DNA from: Bacillus renqingensis
Lineage (GTDB): Bacteria; Bacillota; Bacilli; Bacillales; Cytobacillaceae
Direction: 5' to 3'
Length of the DNA: 24,000 nt
NCBI GenBank assembly: GCA_016464375.1
Contig: JADDIU010000034.1
Location: forward strand, 1-24,000
Shown here: piece after piece, positions 7,993 through 15,429 of the stretch
Position numbering within the stretch: position 1 is the stretch's first letter
Layout of the letters: the number at the start of each line of letters is the position of its first letter
The notes under the pieces: generated by a model
Database searches by the model: none
The model's input: only the letters and a program-made list of their open reading frames with translations
What the model was told of the DNA's origin: nothing
Program-made: the position numbers and the translations under genes

Positions 7993-8844
7993 TCAGCCAA
8001 ATATACCAGCCCAAGCTCCAAGAATACTTACTACACCAATTCCTAATAAAATCGTAGTGGTCTTCCACTGTTTTCCTAACAGCCAATAAATAATACCAAA
8101 TGCAGCTAGAGGCAATAATCCCGGCATAATCCCGTTTAAAATATCTTGTACAGCTGTGGCTGATTTACCAGTTCCGATTTTTAAAGGAACATTCAGGACA
8201 ATCATTTCTGAACTCATTCCACCAATGACCATTAACCCAAGAATAGCTGCACCTAAAGTCAAATAACCCATCGTCCCATTATCTTGTAATTTTTTTAAGA
8301 AACCAGTCCCCATTTTATAACCAAGCGATGTCAATATATAACGCAAAGCAATATGCGGGATATTGAATATAAGGAAAAATAGGATCGGACCTAGAATATT
8401 TCCTTTAAGGGCTAAAGATGTCCCAACACCAGTTGCAATGAGGCGAAGTGTACCCCAAAAAAAGGAATCCCCTATACCAGAAAGTGGTCCCATTAGGGAA
8501 GCCTTTACCGTATTAATGGATGAAGAATCAAACTTTGAATTATCAGCATTTTGTTTCTCCATTGCGACTGAAATTCCCAATATCATCGTTACAATATAAG
8601 GAGTACAGTTGAAAAACTCTAGGTGTCTCTTTAATGCCTGGGAAAGGTCTTCTTTTTTCTTATATAATTTTTTTAATATAGGAATCATGGCATAGACGTA
8701 CCCTAAACTAGCTTGTCGTTCATAGTTCCAAGAAAATTCCATTTGGAACGAACGCCAAAAAAGTCTATTTAAATCTTTTTTACTAATCTCTGTTGATTCA
8801 TCCTTTTGATTAGCAGCACTTTCATTAGAAGTCTTCATCGTCAT
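7993..8844 (-). CDS. PTS mannose/fructose/sorbose-family IID component
   Basis: The hallmark IID N-terminal motif FWRSFQMEFSWNYERQASLGYVYAM is present. The start is set at ATG 8844 because GGAGG lies 11 nt upstream, whereas the track start 8865 has no RBS. The gene overlaps the IIC stop. Confidence 0.9.
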   Translation of the reverse strand: MTMKTSNESAANQKDESTEISKKDLNRLFWRSFQMEFSWNYERQASLGYVYAMIPILKKLYKKKEDLSQALKRHLEFFNCTPYIVTMILGISVAMEKQNADNSKFDSSSINTVKASLMGPLSGIGDSFFWGTLRLIATGVGTSLALKGNILGPILFFLIFNIPHIALRYILTSLGYKMGTGFLKKLQDNGTMGYLTLGAAILGLMVIGGMSSEMIVLNVPLKIGTGKSATAVQDILNGIMPGLLPLAAFGIIYWLLGKQWKTTTILLGIGVVSILGAWAGIFG

Positions 8845-9601
8845 CGTCCACCACTCCTCCTTCATTTGTCGCCAATTTTTGTTTTTGCATAATATTGACC
8901 ATTATTATAGCCACAATAGCTCCAAGAAGAGCAATACCTGTTACAGGTATTTTTAAATAACCCGATAGTAAAAACCCTAAGAAAAAGTATGGTGCCACTT
9001 GTTTATTAATGAGTAATCTAGCAAGCAGTGCAAAACCTAGAGCAGGTATAAGCCCAGTTGCCACTTCAAGACCTTTTTGGATTGGTCCTGGAATTGCATC
9101 TAGGATAAGCTTAATTGTGTCGCTGCCAACATAAAATGAAACACCAACGATGATAGCGATAACCAAAGGCAAACCTATACCACCCAAGAGATGCATGGCT
9201 GATATCCCTCGAGTATTGGCTTCATCTGCATACCGATCTGCTTTATGCAAAAATATTGGTAAAACAAGAGCATAATAAAGATTTTCAAAGATAAGGGCCA
9301 ATGTCGCAATTGGTAATCCAAGTAATAATGCAGTTTCTGCACCCGCCCCGGAAGAAATAGCAAACGCTGTACCTAAAATACCGCCGGTTACAACGTTAGG
9401 CGGAATCGATGCTCCAACCGAAAATGCCCCAACAAACGCTAACTCAAGAGTAGCACCCATAATTATCCCGGTTTTTATATCTCCCATAACAATCCCGGTA
9501 AAAAGGCCTGTTACAATCGGACGTGCTAAATTGCTTGTACCAAGGGCAGTCTCACCCTGTGCTATAAAGGCAATTAAAGCTAATAATATCGCTGTAACCA
9601 C
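8825..9601 (-). CDS. PTS mannose/fructose/sorbose-family IIC component
   Basis: The 258-aa membrane protein resembles ManY/AgaC/LevF-type IIC proteins (ARPIVTGLFTGIVMGD..., GATLELAFVG). It uses a GTG start with GGAGGG 7 nt upstream. Confidence 0.9.
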   Translation of the reverse strand: MVTAILLALIAFIAQGETALGTSNLARPIVTGLFTGIVMGDIKTGIIMGATLELAFVGAFSVGASIPPNVVTGGILGTAFAISSGAGAETALLLGLPIATLALIFENLYYALVLPIFLHKADRYADEANTRGISAMHLLGGIGLPLVIAIIVGVSFYVGSDTIKLILDAIPGPIQKGLEVATGLIPALGFALLARLLINKQVAPYFFLGFLLSGYLKIPVTGIALLGAIVAIIMVNIMQKQKLATNEGGVVDDDDEDF

Positions 9602-9619
9602 TTATAGTCCCTCCTCATG

Positions 9620-10093
9620 TTAATTTACTACGTTTTTTGCGTTTATTTTTTTGTCACTAGGGACCTGCCTAATTTCTACCTCTACACCCTGATGAATCAT
9701 TTTTTTCACCAATTCTTCTTCTTCAGGCAATAAGTTCACTGCCTTGCTAATATTTCTTGTTCCTTCCCTTGCCTTCACCCCCCCTAAGTTCACTTGTTTA
9801 ATTTCCGGATATGCGCTTACAATTTTCTCTGCATCGGCAACAGACTCAACGACAATAAACAGTTTGTATTTATCTGTCACCCCGCTTTTCAGTGCCTCGA
9901 TAGAATCTGTGATATTTTTGATAACCAACCTGACCCCTTGCGGTTTTGCCAACTTAATTGTGGTTTTTCGTAATTCATTTACCGGTACATCATCGTTGGC
10001 GATTAAAATGCAATCAGCGCCAAGAGTTTGCGTCCAAGAAAAAGCAACTTGTCCATGTAATAGGCGATGGTCTACACGTAACAGTTTAATCAT
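9620..10093 (-). CDS. PTS mannose-family IIB component
   Basis: The N-terminal LLRVDHRLLHGQV motif carries the phosphorylatable His of EIIB(Man). GGGAGGA is the RBS. Confidence 0.9.
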   Translation of the reverse strand: MIKLLRVDHRLLHGQVAFSWTQTLGADCILIANDDVPVNELRKTTIKLAKPQGVRLVIKNITDSIEALKSGVTDKYKLFIVVESVADAEKIVSAYPEIKQVNLGGVKAREGTRNISKAVNLLPEEEELVKKMIHQGVEVEIRQVPSDKKINAKNVVN

Positions 10094-10107
10094 TTTAAAT
10101 TCCTCCC

Positions 10108-10527
10108 TTAAAATTCCTCATCCTCTGTGTCAATTTCAATTTCTAGATTGCAATATTTTATCGAGTTTTTTGAATTACTTAGAGCTGTTTTAATCAATCT
10201 CAACGTATCCGTTTCCATGTTTCTCATCGATACTAGTTCAATGACCAATGGCAAGTTCAGTCCGGCAATTAAATGGATTCGCTTGTCTCCTAATAAATTC
10301 ATAAATTCGTTATTAACGCTCCCGCCAAAGATGTCGGATACTACTATCAATTCATCTTCTTTCCCAAGCTTGTTTATCACATCGCTGATCTGGGAATGAA
10401 GATCCTTCTCTTCATCAACGTAAGCGGATATTGTCCAAACATTTTCCTGCTTACCTGTGATCATTTCGACTGAATGGAGTATCCCTTCTGCCAGTTTGCC
10501 ATGCGAGGCAAATAACAAATATCTCAT
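10108..10527 (-). CDS. PTS mannose-family IIA component
   Basis: The N-terminal LLFASHGKLAEGILHS motif (EIIA-Man His) is present in a 139-aa product. The RBS AAAGGTGGTG lies upstream. Confidence 0.9.
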   Translation of the reverse strand: MRYLLFASHGKLAEGILHSVEMITGKQENVWTISAYVDEEKDLHSQISDVINKLGKEDELIVVSDIFGGSVNNEFMNLLGDKRIHLIAGLNLPLVIELVSMRNMETDTLRLIKTALSNSKNSIKYCNLEIEIDTEDEEF

Positions 10528-10566
10528 GTTGCATCACCACCTTTTAACCAATCTATCTATATACAA

Positions 10567-10582
10567 TGCAAAAAGCGTGCCA
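10567..10582 (-). promoter_or_regulatory. Sigma-54 (-24/-12) promoter of the PTS operon: TTGGCACGCTTTTTGCAT
   Basis: The minus strand reads TGGCAC-N5-TTGCA, an exact match to the consensus TGGCAC-N5-TTGCW. It lies 40 nt upstream of the IIA ATG and directly downstream of a sigma-54 enhancer-binding-protein gene. Confidence 0.85.
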
Positions 10583-10596
10583 ACTTAGTGGCACGC
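10570..10596 (-). terminator. Terminator hairpin of the LevR-like gene (GCGTGCCA-N6-TGGCACGC + T5); its 3' arm is the -24 box
   Basis: The 8-bp GC-rich stem starts 13 nt after the activator stop codon (10610-10612). It is followed on the minus strand by TTTTT. Confidence 0.6.
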
Positions 10597-10609
10597 CTTT
10601 TTTAAAAAA

Positions 10610-13390
10610 TTAAAATTCCTCGTAAGCGCTTGATTCAGCAACGATATAATCGTAAATGTATCCGATTTCAGCCGTGGTGATTTTGACATTATAAATGTCT
10701 TCTATGACACTAAACGCTTCTTTGATGTATTTTATCATTTCCTTTTGACACTGTTCAAAATCTGCCAGATTTGCATAATTCTCGATCGGCGCCTGGCGAA
10801 TGAGCCTTTCCACCAAACAACTAACATGAACATATAATGCGACCTTTTTGTCATTTGACAGTCGCTTGTTTAGCCGGATCTCTAACCGATGAATAAATTC
10901 TTCGGCGTGGGAGAGGATTTTCTCCGAATCCAAAATGGTAATCGATTCAATGACACGTTCAAGGGAGCAATTGCGAATCAAGTTATCATTGATTTCTTTA
11001 AAACGCTCTTCCTTCATGATCGGCAGGAAGATTTTGCGCATCTTAGCCTCCCCTTGTCCAGAGATAATATCCTCTAATGAAAGATACGGGACGTTATCTA
11101 GACCGGGGTCGGTTGTCCCGACGATGGCAAGGACATCATAAATTTGAAAGATGGCCTCTGAAGTCCCCACTTCTTTAAGACGGTCATAATCATAAGCCAT
11201 GACTTGGATGGATAGATCCTCCGGTATACTGGCCTCGAGTAACTTCTGAATTTGGCAGGCCGTCCCCATCCCCGTTAAACACGAAGTGATGATGACCTTA
11301 TCTTTTTCCTTTTCAGGATAAATGATGTTATATTCTGTTTCATTTGCCGATTGCAATTTTTCAATCATTTCTTCTAAAAATAAATCCTTCTCCAGCATAC
11401 TGCCGAGAAATAGCGCCATTTGTGTGGAGACGTTATTTATAATCGCCACCGGGGCGTTTACATGTTTTTTAAATTGTGAATAGATATCTTTCAATGAACC
11501 CATATCGACTAAAATGACAAGCCCTTTTGAGACATCGTTATGTTCAATATAATCGACGACCTTGGCAGCGGTTTCCTCTACGGATATATCAATCGGCATA
11601 TCGAAGGCCTCAAAGACGTTCTTCTTCAGCAAACGATTGGCGACGTTGGCAATGCTGCTGGCGGTTGCATACCCATGGGCAAGAATGATTGCCTTTACTT
11701 GTTGATTTGTTCGTTCAATCGCCAAACTTCGCAAATAGAGGGCCAAAAGGATTTCATCCATTTGATAAAGCTTCACCTCTAGTTTGCTTTCCAGCAGATG
11801 GACAAATTGCTTCGCCAGCTGCTGCTCCATCCTGTAGGATACTTCAATATGATGGGCCAGCTTTTTGATGGTCGCCTCTTGTTTTTCAGACCATCTTATC
11901 ACCGTGCTGCCCTTGTAATAAAGGAAATGAGCAATGGCATAGATACTATTGCCATTAAATTTTATATGATAGTTATTTTCTAGATGCTGAATAATCTCTT
12001 GAACACTGACGGTCGTTAATTCCAACCTTACACCAGCGTCTTCTTTTGTATGATTAAAAATGAGCTGATCAAAGAGTAAGAGTATGTCGTTGATTACCTT
12101 TTGCTCAAAATATTTCTCATCCCAGCTTTTTGCCTGACGTTGTTCGAATAGGTCCAGCATTTTTTCAAATGTCTGTTTAATTAATTGCATATGCGAAATA
12201 CTTGTCTCGTATAATTGATCGAGGGTTGAGTCGGGATGAATCACCATATCGTGATGTTGCTTTAATTTGTTGTCTGTAAACCGGATCGTCTCTTCCAACA
12301 GTTGATCGGGCAAATCATGTAAAGTTACCTGAACTTCATCTGCGTCCTGATTTTTCACAAACGAGGAGGCGGCAATGTATTTGATCGTGTTTTTCAAGTC
12401 ACCCATGTTTCCCGTGTAATGGTATTTGGTTAAGGCATCAAGGGCCCGGTTCGTAATCCGAATCGGCTTGCCAAGTTTTTTGGCCTCGTTGATTAAAAAC
12501 AGATAAATAAATTGTTTCTTCTCTTTCTCCCCGCGTTCATCGAGGCTCGGTATCACGACACGAATGGGAATACGCCGCAAAAAGGTTGGTAAAAAACTCT
12601 CCTCCAAATTTTCCGTTGTTGCAAAGATCAGACGGACATTTGCTTGATGGCTGCCTTCACTTTCGCCCATACGACGAAAAACGCCTTGATCAAGGAAAGT
12701 GAACAGCTTCTCTTGTCCCTCGGCATTTAACCTGTGGACTTCATCTAAAAATAAGATTCCCCCATCGGCTGCGGCAAGCATCCCATCTTTTGTTTTATCA
12801 GCGCCGGTAAAGGCACCTTTGACATAGCCAAACAAATTACTCGACATGAGCTCGGGGTTGTTCGCATATTGGGCACAATTAAAACTAATAAACGGAGCAT
12901 CTTTCGCCAGTATCCCTTTTTCCACACTGTAACGATAGATTAATTCTGCAGTATAGCTTTTTCCTACCCCGGTCGGGCCGGATAATAGAATCGGCAGCCC
13001 GCCATCCGGGTAGAAAATGGACGTTTTCATCTGTTCGATCGCTTTTTCAAGACTACCGTCCGCGCCTATCAAACTTTCAAGGATATCTTGCGGAGGCTTT
13101 ACCTCCGGCTGACATTGCAGCAACTCTTGAAAACTAGAAAAAACATAGGTTGGCAGCGGAAAAAATTTTCGTTCAAATAGAGCGCGGCTTATGAAGTAGA
13201 CCGGTCTTGTGTTGATCTTAATAATCTTTTCCTCATCCACCAACTGATTGAGATAGTGACTCACGGTATTACGCTTCACAGCAAATAGTTCCGAAATTAC
13301 CCCAGCCGTCAACCTCTCTGAAGGCCTCTCCAAATCCAACCCATCTGTCTCCTTATCCAGAAAATCTAATAAACTCTCTTTTAAGCCCAT
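10610..13390 (-). CDS. Sigma-54-dependent, PRD-containing transcriptional activator (LevR family)
   Basis: The product contains an N-terminal HTH, an AAA+ sigma-54 interaction module (Walker A LLSGPTGVGKS; GAFTGA motif in GYVKGAFTGADK; Walker B ILFLDEV), a PRD, an EIIA(Man)-like segment (AIILAHGYATASS), an EIIB(Gat)-like Cys segment (VIITSCLTGMGTA) and a second PRD. The start is set at ATG 13390, where AGGTG lies 6 nt upstream. The track start 13459 adds 23 aa with no RBS. Confidence 0.9.
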   Translation of the reverse strand: MGLKESLLDFLDKETDGLDLERPSERLTAGVISELFAVKRNTVSHYLNQLVDEEKIIKINTRPVYFISRALFERKFFPLPTYVFSSFQELLQCQPEVKPPQDILESLIGADGSLEKAIEQMKTSIFYPDGGLPILLSGPTGVGKSYTAELIYRYSVEKGILAKDAPFISFNCAQYANNPELMSSNLFGYVKGAFTGADKTKDGMLAAADGGILFLDEVHRLNAEGQEKLFTFLDQGVFRRMGESEGSHQANVRLIFATTENLEESFLPTFLRRIPIRVVIPSLDERGEKEKKQFIYLFLINEAKKLGKPIRITNRALDALTKYHYTGNMGDLKNTIKYIAASSFVKNQDADEVQVTLHDLPDQLLEETIRFTDNKLKQHHDMVIHPDSTLDQLYETSISHMQLIKQTFEKMLDLFEQRQAKSWDEKYFEQKVINDILLLFDQLIFNHTKEDAGVRLELTTVSVQEIIQHLENNYHIKFNGNSIYAIAHFLYYKGSTVIRWSEKQEATIKKLAHHIEVSYRMEQQLAKQFVHLLESKLEVKLYQMDEILLALYLRSLAIERTNQQVKAIILAHGYATASSIANVANRLLKKNVFEAFDMPIDISVEETAAKVVDYIEHNDVSKGLVILVDMGSLKDIYSQFKKHVNAPVAIINNVSTQMALFLGSMLEKDLFLEEMIEKLQSANETEYNIIYPEKEKDKVIITSCLTGMGTACQIQKLLEASIPEDLSIQVMAYDYDRLKEVGTSEAIFQIYDVLAIVGTTDPGLDNVPYLSLEDIISGQGEAKMRKIFLPIMKEERFKEINDNLIRNCSLERVIESITILDSEKILSHAEEFIHRLEIRLNKRLSNDKKVALYVHVSCLVERLIRQAPIENYANLADFEQCQKEMIKYIKEAFSVIEDIYNVKITTAEIGYIYDYIVAESSAYEEF

Positions 13391-13508
13391 ATTTTTCACC
13401 TGCCTTGTAGGAATTGCCTCCTTCTTTGATGAAAGACGTAAGGCCAGCCGGACTGGCATATAGGAGAGGGCTGTCCACTAATCCTCTCGCTAGGTACCAC
13501 CTCAATTT

Positions 13509-14058
13509 TTGCGCGGCGGGCTAGCTGGATAATTAAAAGTGCGCGCGGCGGACGCCTTTTCTTTCTCACGCGTACTTTGAAACGCTCTAGGTGCGCGTGA
13601 CGGCCGATTTTTCTCCTGCACACGTACTTTGGATCGCTCTAAGTGCGCGCGGCGGGCACTTTTTCTCTTGCACGCGTACTTTGGATCGCTCTAAGTGCGC
13701 GCGGCGGGCACTTTTTCTCTTGCACGCGTACTTTGGATCGCTCTAAGTGCGCGCGGCGGGCACTTTTTCTCTTGCACGCGTACTTTGGATCGCTCTAAGT
13801 GCGCGCGGCGGGCACTTTTTCTCTCGCACGCGCACTTTAGATCGCTCTAAGTGCGCGCGACCGACACTTTTTCTCTCACATGCGCACTTTGGACCCCTCT
13901 AAGTGCGCACGGCCGACACTTTTTCTCCTGCATGCGTACTTTGGATCGCTCTAAGTGCGCGCGACTGACACTTTTTCTCTCGCACGCGTACTTTGGACCC
14001 CTCTAAGTGCGCGCGACCGGCACTTTTTCCCCCGCACGCGCACTTTGGACCATTCTCA
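13509..14058. repeat. GC-rich 52-bp tandem repeat array, ~10 units plus one degenerate partial unit
   Basis: Unit starts are 13539, 13591, 13643, 13695, 13747, 13799, 13851, 13903, 13955 and 14007. The consensus is GTGCGCGCGGCGGGCACTTTTTCTCTTGCACGCGTACTTTGGATCGCTCTAA. Units at 13643, 13695 and 13747 are identical and the outer units diverge. There is no unique spacer between units, and the period is not a multiple of 3. Confidence 0.95.
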
Positions 14059-14087
14059 AAAAGGCAGCTGAATAAAATCGCTGCCTT
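14055..14087 (-). terminator. Intrinsic terminator of galE (AAGGCAGC-N11-GCTGCCTT + TTTGAG)
   Basis: An 8-bp stem lies 18 nt after the galE stop, followed by a T-run on the minus strand. It abuts the last unit of the 52-bp array. Confidence 0.75.
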
Positions 14088-14104
14088 CTATCTATCAATT
14101 GATA

Positions 14105-15112
14105 TTAATACCCATTAGGGTTGTTCTTTTGCCATCTCCATGAATCGCGGCACATGTCTTCGATACCGTGTTCTGCAGCCCAGCCGAGTTCTGTTTTCGC
14201 CTTAGATGGATCGGCGTAACAGATGGCAACATCCCCTGGCCGTCTATCAACGATCTTATGAGGTATTTCCACACCAGACGCCTTTTCAAATGCGGAAACG
14301 ATTTCTAACACACTATAACCCGTGCCGGTTCCCAAATTATAGGCTTCCACACCGCTTGTGGGCAGTATTTTTTCAAGTGCCTTTAAGTGGCCCTTTGCCA
14401 AATCAACGACATGAATGTAGTCACGAACACCGGTACCATCAACTGTCGGATAATCATTACCGAACACTTGCAGCTCCTGCAGTTTGCCTACGGCAATCTG
14501 GGTAATAAATGGCATGAGGTTGTTTGGAATCCCGTTCGGATCCTCGCCAATCCGGCCGCTCTCATGTGCCCCGATTGGGTTAAAATAGCGCAATAACGCA
14601 ATGCTCCAGTCGTGATCGGACACATATATATCGCGCAAAATCTCCTCAATCATCAGCTTCGTCCGACCGTACGGATTCGTGGCGCTAAGCGGGAAGTCCT
14701 CGGAAATCGGCACCGTCTCCGGCATCCCATACACCGTTGCCGATGAACTGAACACAAGATTCTTCACATCATACTTTTTCATAACTTCACAAAGAATCAA
14801 TGTACCTGTTATATTATTATGATAATATTTAAGTGGAATCGATACCGATTCCCCCACTGCCTTCAAGCCAGCGAAGTGGATAACCGCTTCAATTTCATTT
14901 CTTGAAAAAATCTCTTCAAGGTCTTCGCGGTCAAGAAGATCCACCTCATGGAATGGGACATCCTTTCCCGTAATCTCTTTCACCCGTGTCAAGACTTCAG
15001 GCTTGCTGTTTGAAAAATTATCGACCACAATGATCTCATAGCCGGCATTCAGCAGCTCAACACAAGTATGGCTGCCAATATACCCGGCACCGCCTGTCAC
15101 TAATATCGCCAT
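14105..15112 (-). CDS. galE: UDP-glucose 4-epimerase
   Basis: The N-terminal Rossmann motif [15 protein letters not shown], the SSSATVYG and YGRTK (catalytic YxxxK) motifs, and the 335-aa length are typical of GalE. The RBS AAAGGAG lies upstream. Confidence 0.92.
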   Translation of the reverse strand: MAILVTGGAGYIGSHTCVELLNAGYEIIVVDNFSNSKPEVLTRVKEITGKDVPFHEVDLLDREDLEEIFSRNEIEAVIHFAGLKAVGESVSIPLKYYHNNITGTLILCEVMKKYDVKNLVFSSSATVYGMPETVPISEDFPLSATNPYGRTKLMIEEILRDIYVSDHDWSIALLRYFNPIGAHESGRIGEDPNGIPNNLMPFITQIAVGKLQELQVFGNDYPTVDGTGVRDYIHVVDLAKGHLKALEKILPTSGVEAYNLGTGTGYSVLEIVSAFEKASGVEIPHKIVDRRPGDVAICYADPSKAKTELGWAAEHGIEDMCRDSWRWQKNNPNGY

Positions 15113-15216
15113 AATTCGATTTCTCCTTTTTAAGAAATTTACCCAGTCTTATCTTAACACAAATTTGAAAGTACGGGGCGGATCTTCTGCTTCAACCTAA
15201 TTTTTACAGAGCAAAC

Positions 15217-15252
15217 ATTATGGTTCTGTTTAAGATATTGTGAAAACAATAT
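15217..15252 (-). promoter_or_regulatory. Candidate sigma-A promoter of galE with an overlapping 18-bp palindrome (ATATTGT-GAAA-ACAATAT)
   Basis: The minus strand carries TTCACA (15244-15239), a 16-nt spacer and CATAAT (15222-15217). A perfect 7-bp-arm dyad at 15235-15252 covers the -35 box. The site is about 100 nt upstream of the galE ATG. Confidence 0.4.
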
Positions 15253-15345
15253 CGTCTCTTTACACCACAGGCCAATATATATCATGTTGAATTAACGAAG
15301 GGCACCATAATTCATTTAAACAAAATGATATTTATCTTTATGTAC

Positions 15346-15376
15346 GAAAAATACCACAGTATCATGGACTGTGGTA
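15346..15376 (-). terminator. Intrinsic terminator after the aldehyde dehydrogenase gene (TACCACAGT-N7-ACTGTGGTA + T5)
   Basis: A perfect 9-bp stem lies 54 nt after the stop at 15430. It is followed on the minus strand by TTTTTCG. Confidence 0.75.
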
Positions 15377-15429
15377 AGAAAAATATCGGGATAAGCAGAG
15401 TATTCGTAAAGGATATAGAGTTCATTCAT

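Noticed and set aside
9744-10193. Long + strand ORFs antisense to well-supported minus-strand genes: 9744-10193, 15611-15988, 16058-16309, 21309-21710, 21595-21798, 22194-22445, 14206-14505, 14387-14596, 8363-8599, 5915-6109, 10127-10399 and others. The minus-strand ORFs 3148-3333 and 3391-3648 antisense to licC belong in the same group.
   Set aside because: These are shadow ORFs opposite strongly supported genes. Their translations are low-complexity or Ser/Pro/Leu-rich, they lack RBSs and they carry no recognisable motifs.
13391-13459. N-terminal extensions offered by the ORF track: LevR-like from 13459, licC from 2345, DUF1028 from 22405, IID from 8865, ALDH from 16917.
   Set aside because: In each case a downstream in-frame start has a properly spaced GGAGG-type RBS and begins at the conserved family N-terminus. 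The longer start has no RBS or an overlapping one.
13396-13623. A 75-aa minus-strand ORF (MCRRKIGRHAHLERFKV...) running from the repeat array into the activator upstream region.
   Set aside because: It is an Arg-rich translation of GC-rich repeat DNA with no RBS, and it overlaps the 5' extension of the activator ORF. It is an artefact of repeat composition.
13655-13830. Sigma-54-promoter-like GGCAC...TTGCA strings inside the central repeat units (GGGCAC-TTTTTCTC-TTGCAC on the + strand), next to a sigma-54 activator gene.
   Set aside because: The spacer between GGCAC and TTGCA is 8 nt rather than the strictly required 5 nt. The motif is lost in the diverged outer units, and no + strand gene lies downstream. 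The resemblance is noted but not called as a promoter.
13509-14058. A CRISPR array interpretation of the regularly spaced GC-rich repeats.
   Set aside because: The whole 52-bp period is repeated head-to-tail with no unique spacers between repeats. The central three periods are identical over their full length, and no cas genes are present. It is a tandem repeat, not a CRISPR array.
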